Below, piece by piece: positions 50,837-57,840 of a stretch of DNA of 57,840 nucleotides (position 1 is the stretch's first letter; every line of letters starts with the position of its first letter). This DNA is from Candidatus Falkowbacteria bacterium RIFOXYA2_FULL_47_19 (GTDB taxonomy: Bacteria; Patescibacteriota; Patescibacteriia; Patescibacteriales; UBA12075). The notes under the pieces were generated by a model, which searched no databases, was not told the origin of the DNA, and was given only the letters and a program-made list of their open reading frames with translations. Location of the stretch: the NCBI GenBank assembly GCA_001780275.1, contig MFGB01000017.1, forward strand, positions 1 to 57,840, in the 5' to 3' direction. The position numbers were made by a program, and so were the translations under genes.

Positions 50837-51549
50837 AGCAAATAATTTCCGAGACCGACTTTATGAAAAATATGAGCACTATTTATCAAAAAAATGAAGC
50901 GGCGCAAAATACGGTTATGGCGGAGGGGTTGACCGTCGATCCGGTGGTCAGCAAAAAAGAGGGTGGGCATTTGGTGATTTTTCGCTTTCCCTTTGAATTC
51001 GCTGTCGCATTGTCGGAGTTTTCACTGGCGATTTCACGATTGGTTTCAGCTGTGTATTATCGGATAACCGATATCCATTTGACGATTATCAGTCACGATT
51101 CGGCGCCTGGCATGACCCATCCAAATAGCACCACCCTGAAGATCCTGGAAGCGGCGGTCACGAAAGCATTAGATGAATGCCGAGTCCCAGCATTTCCCTT
51201 AATCAGATATTCCGGCTTATTTTTCAACAAGACTAGTGTCGTAGCCAAGGGCACCCCGGAAAATGATAGTTTTTATCTCTTGGCCAACGCTATCGTTTAC
51301 CATTGCCGCGAATTGGGACTGGATGCTAAGTTTCCTTGGGGGGTGCACAGTACCATTAACCGTTTTGCGGAGGTTACACCGCCGGAGGAACTGGAAAAAT
51401 TGAGTGATTATATAAAAAGCTCAGTCGTTCCTTTATATTCCTCCCCGGATCATATTAATATCGGCTGGTACACATTTTCTAAAAATAATTTCAACATCAA
51501 TGTGACCAAGTCATTTGATATCAAAACGACCAGAAGATGGGGTTTGTAG
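50833..51549 (+). CDS. Putative 2H-phosphoesterase superfamily protein
   Basis: Two HxT motifs (IHLTI, VHSTI) about 90 aa apart. Confidence 0.65.
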   Translation: MKQIISETDFMKNMSTIYQKNEAAQNTVMAEGLTVDPVVSKKEGGHLVIFRFPFEFAVALSEFSLAISRLVSAVYYRITDIHLTIISHDSAPGMTHPNSTTLKILEAAVTKALDECRVPAFPLIRYSGLFFNKTSVVAKGTPENDSFYLLANAIVYHCRELGLDAKFPWGVHSTINRFAEVTPPEELEKLSDYIKSSVVPLYSSPDHINIGWYTFSKNNFNINVTKSFDIKTTRRWGL

Positions 51550-51568
51550 TACTTTTAGAAATATAAAA

Positions 51569-51594
51569 ACCGCCTCGGTTTAAATCGGGGCGGT
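51569..51594. terminator. Hairpin between convergent genes, probable bidirectional terminator
   Basis: ACCGCCTCGGT-TTAA-ATCGGGGCGGT flanked by A- and T-rich runs. Confidence 0.65.
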
Positions 51595-51609
51595 ATTTAT
51601 TTTAAAAAA

Positions 51610-52467
51610 TTATGTCATTTTTTGGACGGCTTCCGGATGATCGGTGCAGACCGCGTCCGGTTTCAGGTCTATTATTTCCCGGATCCGCGGGAATAGCCGG
51701 TTTTTGTCCGCGTCCGGGTGTGCTTCGCCGCCCAGAAGACCAGGGGATGTGCCGTGCAGTTCCGGGGTAACCAGGGCGATTTTTAGACCGGCATTTTTGA
51801 ATATAGAAAAATTCTCTTCGTTATATAATCTTTTCGCGCGGCCATTTTCGTCCGAGAGATCCCATTCATCCAGCCATACCCAGTTAAACAAATCTTTATT
51901 TTTCAGAACTTCTTCAATACTATAAAGCGTACCGCCGGTACAAATGTTGTATCTTTTTATATCGTAAAAATGCGAGACGGACGGGGCCATAATAAGTTCC
52001 GGCATTTTTTTCTTTAAATACTGAGCGGTTTCTATTGTTACGTCAAAAAGCAGAAGATTTTTGAAAATCACGGGAAAATTTTTTAGGTAGCTGAGCATTA
52101 AATCTAGAGACGCCTTGTTTTGCAGGCGGCTTTTTAGGTGCAGGGCGCTTAAAGGCGCTCCGTGCCGCGCGACTTCATCCAGTAATTCATCCAGAGAACA
52201 AAGCCGGTGGCCGTTTTTCCCTAAGCGGATTTTTTTGATTTCCGACACTGTCAGGTCCGCGAATTTAGCCGTATTTTTGCCCGCAGTTATCCGCCCCAGA
52301 TTATCGTCGTGAAAGACCACTATTCGTTTGTCTTTAGTAAAGCAAGGGTCAAATTCCAAACCCCAGCCTTGTTTAAGGAATTCCACGAACGCTTCGTATG
52401 TGCTTTCGGCTGGAAAATCCGAATCAGCCGGATTCAGGCCGCGGTGAGTTATTATATTCATGCTCAA
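51610..52467 (-). CDS. Glycerophosphodiester phosphodiesterase-family protein
   Basis: ITHRG, GLEFD..FTKD..IVVFHD, DAVCTDHP. Confidence 0.85.
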   Translation of the reverse strand: MSMNIITHRGLNPADSDFPAESTYEAFVEFLKQGWGLEFDPCFTKDKRIVVFHDDNLGRITAGKNTAKFADLTVSEIKKIRLGKNGHRLCSLDELLDEVARHGAPLSALHLKSRLQNKASLDLMLSYLKNFPVIFKNLLLFDVTIETAQYLKKKMPELIMAPSVSHFYDIKRYNICTGGTLYSIEEVLKNKDLFNWVWLDEWDLSDENGRAKRLYNEENFSIFKNAGLKIALVTPELHGTSPGLLGGEAHPDADKNRLFPRIREIIDLKPDAVCTDHPEAVQKMT

Positions 52468-54008
52468 AGATTATTTATTGTATGCCTCGTTTCTTCCTCT
52501 GTCTTTATCCTGTCTAGCATATCAAGGCGTTTAGAGAAAGAATGATTCGTGTCTTCATAGAGTTCTTTGAAAAGCTGATAGATGTGCCGGTATTTTTGAC
52601 GCGCTTTTTCGTCGGGCGTAAAAGTTTTTTTAATCCTAACGATTTCCGACGCTTTTTTAAAATCAGGAAAAATCCCAAGAGATATAGCTACAATCATGAA
52701 GGCACCTAGGGCGGTCGTTTCGGTTTCTTCAATCAGGAGTACCTCCCGGCCGGTAATGTCGGCCCGGAGCTGGGAGATAAGGTTATTTCGAGCGAGCCCG
52801 CCGGATAAACGAATTTGTTTAACCTCTACGCCTAGCCCCTCAATTGCCTCCATAATGCCTAGGGCTAAAAAACCGGAACTTTCAAAAATACTGCGCATGA
52901 GGTCCTGGCGTTTATGGTGCCGTTCCAGGCCGAAAAACATGCCCCGGACCTTCGTGTCAAAAAACGGCACGCGTTCGCCCAGAAGATAGGGGAGAAAGAT
53001 AAGACCATTGGCGCCGTGTCCGCTCATAGACGCTTCGTCTTCCATGATATTGAAAATATGTTTTTCCGGGTAAGCATCGCCGTAAAAAACATCTTTGGCC
53101 CACTCCAGGAGTCCGCCATCAAGATTATTGGAACCTCCCACTATATAAACATTGTTATTAGCGTCAAAGCATTGGCTTAGGATACCATATTTAGCCGCGC
53201 ATTTATCGGGAGCGTGGACGCGGAAAGAAGTGACTGTGCCGCAGACATTGCAGGCCTGGCCATGTTCGCTAACGCCTGCCCCCCAAAAAGCGCAGAGGGC
53301 ATCATAGGTGGAGAGGATTATTCTTATATCCTGCTTAAAGCCGAATTTTTGTTTAAGTTCCGCTTTCAGGTTGTCTACAACAAATCCGACGGGCTTCACT
53401 TCCGGCAGATGATCCTCGTTAATTCCTAAAAATTCTAACAGTTTTTCCGGATATTTTTTTTCTTCCTGATCGTAATACAGCTTTTCCGCGTTTAAGGGGT
53501 CGGTAACACACGCCCCCGATAATTTATATAAAATATAGTCGTTTGAAGAAATGAATTTGGCGGTTTTCGCGAAATTGGCCGGCTCGTTTTCCTTGAGCCA
53601 TATTATTTTCGGAAACATATAACTCGCCACCGCCAGGTTATTGGGGCTTAGAAATATATCCGTGAAATCGGGGTTATTCTTGAGCCATTCGGCTTGGTTG
53701 TGGCTGCGCTTATCCGATACGATCATAGACGGCCTCACCGCCTCGCCGTTCTTGTCTACCGGAACCAGAAAACAGGCCGATGACGTTACGGTTATTGCGG
53801 AGATATCGTTTTTTATCCGCTCGTCGGCGGTCGCCTCTTTTATTACCTCCTGGCACAAAGACCACCATTCATCCGGATCCTGTTCAACGTGATCGCCTTT
53901 GATGGTTGTCCTGACCGGATACCAGCTGTGCACAAGTTTTTCGCCGCGTTCATTAAAAACGATCGCGCGCATGCTGCGCAGGCCCAGATTTATGACTAAT
54001 ATATTCAT
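52464..54008 (-). CDS. FGGY-family carbohydrate kinase (xylulokinase-like)
   Basis: VEQDPDEWW, PKIIWLKENEP, FLPYLLGERVP, LSGGLAR, ETTALGA. Confidence 0.9.
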   Translation of the reverse strand: MNILVINLGLRSMRAIVFNERGEKLVHSWYPVRTTIKGDHVEQDPDEWWSLCQEVIKEATADERIKNDISAITVTSSACFLVPVDKNGEAVRPSMIVSDKRSHNQAEWLKNNPDFTDIFLSPNNLAVASYMFPKIIWLKENEPANFAKTAKFISSNDYILYKLSGACVTDPLNAEKLYYDQEEKKYPEKLLEFLGINEDHLPEVKPVGFVVDNLKAELKQKFGFKQDIRIILSTYDALCAFWGAGVSEHGQACNVCGTVTSFRVHAPDKCAAKYGILSQCFDANNNVYIVGGSNNLDGGLLEWAKDVFYGDAYPEKHIFNIMEDEASMSGHGANGLIFLPYLLGERVPFFDTKVRGMFFGLERHHKRQDLMRSIFESSGFLALGIMEAIEGLGVEVKQIRLSGGLARNNLISQLRADITGREVLLIEETETTALGAFMIVAISLGIFPDFKKASEIVRIKKTFTPDEKARQKYRHIYQLFKELYEDTNHSFSKRLDMLDRIKTEEETRHTINNL

Positions 54009-54060
54009 AATTCATTTAAGCATATTAGCATGTAAACATTTTAACATGCAGGCGGTATTT

Positions 54061-55131
54061 TCAGATTTCTATCTTACTTACCCGCCTTTGGTGGCGGCCG
54101 CCCTCGAATAATTCATTTAACCATGTATTGATAATTTTTTCAACTTCGTCTGCTTTTATGCTTTTTTGGCCCAGGACCAACACATTGCTATCGTTATGCC
54201 GCCGGGACATTTTAGCGGCCCGGGAATCGGCGCATAAAGCCGCCCGCACGCCGTAATGCCGATTGGCGGCTATGGACATGCCGATGCCGGTCGTGCAGAT
54301 AAGAATGCCGCGTTGCGCGACGCCGCCACTGATTTGCCTAGAAAGCGCGTGGGCAATATCCGGATAATCGCAAGCGGCAGGGGAGTAACAACCGAGATCC
54401 TCTACGGCTAATTTGTTTTCAGTTAAAATATTTTTTATTTTTTCTTTCAGTTTATAACCGCCGTGATCAGAGCCGATCAGAATCGTATTTTTTATTTTAG
54501 AAATAACTTCCTGGTAATTTTTTGCGCCTAATATCCCTGAACCGGATACCAGTATATCGGCGCCGGCATTGATCGGCAGATAGGCGTTATCCGCCTTTAT
54601 ACCGCCGTCTACCTGGGTCAGGGTTTTTAAATTTTTCTCCCGTATATATTTTTTAAGATTTTTTATTTTGGCGGTGGAATTTTTTATGTAAGCCTGTCCG
54701 CATTTTCCCGGAACCACCGACATAATTAAAACATAGTCTAAATATGGCAGAAATTTATAAATTTTTTCGAGAGGCGTTCCTGGATTTACGGCCAGACCGG
54801 CTTTTCTTCCTCGTTTTTTTATTTGTCGGATAGTGTTATTTATATTGATCTTACTTTCAACATGCACGGAAATACAATCCGCCCCGGCCCTAATATAGCC
54901 CGTCATCAGATTATCGGCGTTTTCCGTCATCAGGTGCGCGTCCAGCGGCAGTTTTGTCCATTGTTTTATTTTTTTGACCAGAGCCGGATAAAAGGCCGTC
55001 GTTTGTGGCACGAATTTTCCGTCCATAACGTCAATATGCAGCCAGTCAGCGCCGGACGATTCCAGTTTTTTTATTTCGGTTTTTAAGTTTCGGCCCGAAG
55101 CGGCCAGAAGAGAGGGGGAAATAGTAATCAT
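54061..55131 (-). CDS. rpe-rpiB: Fused ribulose-phosphate 3-epimerase / ribose-5-phosphate isomerase B
   Basis: N-terminal SPSLL, LHIDVMDG, DAHLM, MSVVPG, VDGGI; C-terminal GSDHGG, DYPD, ICTTGIGMSIAAN, RRHNDSN, FEGGRHQRRV. Confidence 0.95.
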   Translation of the reverse strand: MITISPSLLAASGRNLKTEIKKLESSGADWLHIDVMDGKFVPQTTAFYPALVKKIKQWTKLPLDAHLMTENADNLMTGYIRAGADCISVHVESKININNTIRQIKKRGRKAGLAVNPGTPLEKIYKFLPYLDYVLIMSVVPGKCGQAYIKNSTAKIKNLKKYIREKNLKTLTQVDGGIKADNAYLPINAGADILVSGSGILGAKNYQEVISKIKNTILIGSDHGGYKLKEKIKNILTENKLAVEDLGCYSPAACDYPDIAHALSRQISGGVAQRGILICTTGIGMSIAANRHYGVRAALCADSRAAKMSRRHNDSNVLVLGQKSIKADEVEKIINTWLNELFEGGRHQRRVSKIEI

Positions 55132-55913
55132 ATTATTCTTCGTTTTAAGCCCGCCTTTATTCTGGATATTTGTCTGAAAAAAATTCCCAACATCGGTAAA
55201 TTTCTTAATTTCCTGTCGATGTATGTTTTTCGGGGCTCAACACCCCGAGTGTTAAAATTTATTTTTTTAAAACCTTCTTTTTTTAAGAATTTAACCGCGC
55301 CGTATTCCCACCTACCCTTTACGATGCCGGTCATATAGTAATTAATGGCTGGTTTGTTCGCGCACAAAAACGGTTCCGCGATTTTTTTTGCTCTTTCCCG
55401 GCCGCCGCCGAGTTCCATATCCCAGCCGGTTTCACCGTCTTTAAGCAGGTTACGCAAAGTATTAGTTTCCCAGATAGCGGCCTGTAGGGAAGCGCGGTAA
55501 GAAGCTTCCGGGCTAATCGCGCCGATTTCTTTGTAACGCTTGTGTTGGCGGTCGGGCGGGGGAGTGGGCGTTAGTCGTAAATAAGCGGCGTTTTCTTTTT
55601 TTATTATTTCTAAAAATTTTAGGATTTTTTCGGTATTAACCGGACTGGTAAGAAAATAGTCTTCTTGTAAATATATTATATACGGATATTGGTATTTTTC
55701 TAAGGCAATTTTCAGGTTAGAGGCCCACTGCCCGTCTTTGCCCACTGGAATGCTAACCACCTTTTTATCTGGGTAATTTTTATAGTTCGTAATCAAACAG
55801 ACAGGGTATGGACAATCGGGCCAGTATTTGAAAAATAGTTTAAAAAAAGGCACCCAAGCATCGCTGAAAGTATCACAGGAGGAGATAAAGATTGCACATT
55901 GTTGGATACTCAT
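55128..55913 (-). CDS. Putative glycosyltransferase-like protein of polysaccharide loci
   Basis: SSCDTFSDAW.PFF..FFKYWPDCPY, YLQEDYFL, SLQAAIW, GIVKGRW. Confidence 0.6.
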   Translation of the reverse strand: MSIQQCAIFISSCDTFSDAWVPFFKLFFKYWPDCPYPVCLITNYKNYPDKKVVSIPVGKDGQWASNLKIALEKYQYPYIIYLQEDYFLTSPVNTEKILKFLEIIKKENAAYLRLTPTPPPDRQHKRYKEIGAISPEASYRASLQAAIWETNTLRNLLKDGETGWDMELGGGRERAKKIAEPFLCANKPAINYYMTGIVKGRWEYGAVKFLKKEGFKKINFNTRGVEPRKTYIDRKLRNLPMLGIFFRQISRIKAGLKRRII

Positions 55914-57412
55914 TTGTTTTTCAGCTTGCTATATATTTTTTTTGCCAACAGAAAATTTTCTTCGGATAAGATAGAAAAAGCTACAGCCGAAAGCGTGTGT
56001 ACCACTAAACGATTTTTTATTATATATTTTATAATTTGCGGCATCATCGTGAATTGCGCCTTAAATCCGGTCCACGAGGAAAACGCCCTGTCCAAAGACA
56101 AATGATTCAGCATCAGTTCTTTATATTCTAGAAGTTCGCTATACGGGTGTTCCAGGGTAAAAATTGGCGTGGGCATATCAGTGAGCCAATAATTATCATC
56201 TATTATACCGCCCTCCTTGGCGATTGCGTACACCTCTGTGCCCGGAAAAATCGCCAGCAAGGGAAATCCTTCGCCAAAATGAAAGTATTTTATTTTCTGT
56301 ATTTTTTTTGCAAAAATTATTGTTTCCTTGATTGTTTCAATTGTTTCTCCGGGAAGACCAACTATCAAGAACATTTTAACCACAATATCGGTTTTGGCGA
56401 ATAATTCATATGCCCTTACGGTATCTTCCTGGGTTACGCCCTTGTGGCATTTTTTTAATATTTTTTCGTTAGCGCTTTCCAGGCCGAGAAATACTTTAAT
56501 GAAGTTTGTTTCAATCAGCTTATCTACCATCTCCGGGCTTATTGGCTTCATTCTGGCGACGCAAATAAAACCGATTTTTTTCATTTTTCTTTTAAGTACC
56601 TCGTTGCAGAATTCTATTACCCGCTCATTATTTACAAAAAACGTGTCATCCTGAATCCAGATTTTTCCAATTTGGGGAAACTTATTTATCAACCATTCAA
56701 TCTCATCAACTACATTTTTAATAGATCTAAACCTCACACGCCTATTAGAAATCGTATCCAGGCAGCAAAAACTGCAATTAAAAGGACAGCCCCTGGCGGT
56801 TAGTATGCAGGCTGTGCCCCGTTTATTATTTTCAAAAAATACTTCATGTTTCGGCCAGGGTAAACTATCAAGATTTTCTATGGGTGCCCTGGGACTGGTT
56901 TTAATAACGCCGTTATAGTAGTGTGCTATGCCGTTTACCTGGTTTAAGTTTTTTTTACCGGACAATTCGGTAAGTAGTTCTATCAAAGTTATTTCGCCTT
57001 CTCCTAAAACAGTAATGACGAATGGATACTTCCTAATTATCTGATCGTACATTATGGTGGCATGAATACCGCCAATAATTAACTGAATATTTGGAAAATT
57101 TTTATGTATATATTCAATTAGACGGAACGTACTTACCCGGTTATTCGTAAGAACCTGAAAGCCAATGGCTTCTGGCTGGAAATTTTCAATAGAAGTAATA
57201 ACTTTTTTAAAACATTCGTCGTCGCTATAGTTGTTTAAAAATAAGTTTTTTACATCAAAATTATTTTTTTCCAAAACGGCATGCAAGTATGCCAGACTAA
57301 GGGGATAGTGTGACTCTTCTGTTGTTTTGCCGCCTTTAGCAAGCCTGGCGCTTGAACCCTGCATGTCTATGTCTTCAAAGTTACTTGACACCAGTAATAT
57401 TTTTTTTATCAT
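55910..57412 (-). CDS. Cobalamin-binding radical SAM protein (#7)
   Basis: HYPLSLAYL, GGIHAT, GEGE, RGCPFNCSFC, QDDTF, GLES. Confidence 0.93.
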   Translation of the reverse strand: MIKKILLVSSNFEDIDMQGSSARLAKGGKTTEESHYPLSLAYLHAVLEKNNFDVKNLFLNNYSDDECFKKVITSIENFQPEAIGFQVLTNNRVSTFRLIEYIHKNFPNIQLIIGGIHATIMYDQIIRKYPFVITVLGEGEITLIELLTELSGKKNLNQVNGIAHYYNGVIKTSPRAPIENLDSLPWPKHEVFFENNKRGTACILTARGCPFNCSFCCLDTISNRRVRFRSIKNVVDEIEWLINKFPQIGKIWIQDDTFFVNNERVIEFCNEVLKRKMKKIGFICVARMKPISPEMVDKLIETNFIKVFLGLESANEKILKKCHKGVTQEDTVRAYELFAKTDIVVKMFLIVGLPGETIETIKETIIFAKKIQKIKYFHFGEGFPLLAIFPGTEVYAIAKEGGIIDDNYWLTDMPTPIFTLEHPYSELLEYKELMLNHLSLDRAFSSWTGFKAQFTMMPQIIKYIIKNRLVVHTLSAVAFSILSEENFLLAKKIYSKLKNK

Positions 57413-57425
57413 AGATGCGGCGGAT

Positions 57426-57839
57426 TTAGTAGTTAATCCATTTTTTGTGCGTAAATATAGAATTCAGGCCGGTTTGCCCGTAAATAAGGTAGCCGACGCC
57501 TAGTAGAAAATTTATTAACTCTTTGTTCTCATTGGTTGACCTATAACCGCCGTACCCCATAGTTTCAGCGCAGATGATTTTGGGAAAATTTTTAACGTAG
57601 TCTATGGTTTGGAGTATTTCCAGTTCCGTGCCCTCGGTATCAATATTTAAAAATGGTGGAAAGATGCCATTGTTGTATTTGTTGATGACGCTGTTTAGTG
57701 TAGCGATCGGAATTTCATCTATGGCAATGATTTTAAAATTATGTTTTTTCTCGTATTCACGGGCTTCGTTTTCCGAAAAAGTGTTCAGGGTAGATTCGTT
57801 TAATCGAAAATAAGGCATTATTCCTTCTTTTGTATAAAC
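57426..57839 (-). CDS. FkbM-family methyltransferase, partial (5' end outside window)
   Basis: LNIDTEGTELEILQ...PKIICAE...NSIF; frame stays open to the window edge. Confidence 0.85.
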   Translation of the reverse strand, partial: VYTKEGIMPYFRLNESTLNTFSENEAREYEKKHNFKIIAIDEIPIATLNSVINKYNNGIFPPFLNIDTEGTELEILQTIDYVKNFPKIICAETMGYGGYRSTNENKELINFLLGVGYLIYGQTGLNSIFTHKKWINY

Positions 57840-57840
57840 T

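Noticed and set aside
54028-54050. GCATGT...ACATGC inverted repeat between rpe-rpiB and the FGGY kinase gene
   Set aside because: Only a 6-bp stem with no T-tract or second copy; not distinguishable from chance.
12300-57800. Poly-A/poly-T tracts as phase-variation switches
   Set aside because: Runs of 7-9 A/T are common in this AT-rich, Lys-rich DNA, all the ORFs are intact, and no long poly-G/C tracts were seen.

Overview
Bacterial chromosomal window, probably from a Patescibacteria/CPR (Parcubacteria-like) genome. That assignment is an inference from gene style: mostly AT-rich leaders without Shine-Dalgarno motifs, a PilX-like gene, and ligA-gatC-gatA order. 1-7.4 kb holds a PilX-like pilin/adhesin, ligA, a GxxExxY protein, gatC, gatA, a truncated four-helix-bundle gene, a DsbA-family protein and tRNA-Ser(GGA). 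Every gene junction in this segment carries a short-period (7-8 bp) repeat arm or inverted-repeat element. One family with 37-bp arms occurs once around the GxxExxY gene and twice as ~98-bp empty copies; this is the best candidate for an undescribed mobile or intervening element. 7.5-11.6 kb holds a two-gene islet after the tRNA, a GT4, and an AbiEi/AbiEii type IV TA pair with an operator-like inverted repeat and a duplicated gene-start scar. 11.6-57.8 kb is a very large surface-glycan locus. It encodes seven cobalamin-binding radical SAM proteins, two NodU/CmcH carbamoyltransferases, about seven SAM methyltransferase domains, GT2/GT4/GT10/GT11/GT-C transferases, Wzx, a split transketolase with two SDRs, and a ketopentose-phosphate module (Rpe-RpiB fusion, FGGY kinase, GDPD, two BcbE-like NTP-transferases, His-phosphatase, cupin). 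A small excisionase/BldC-like HTH gene has three phased direct repeats over its promoter. All calls come from reading motifs by eye; no database searches were run.
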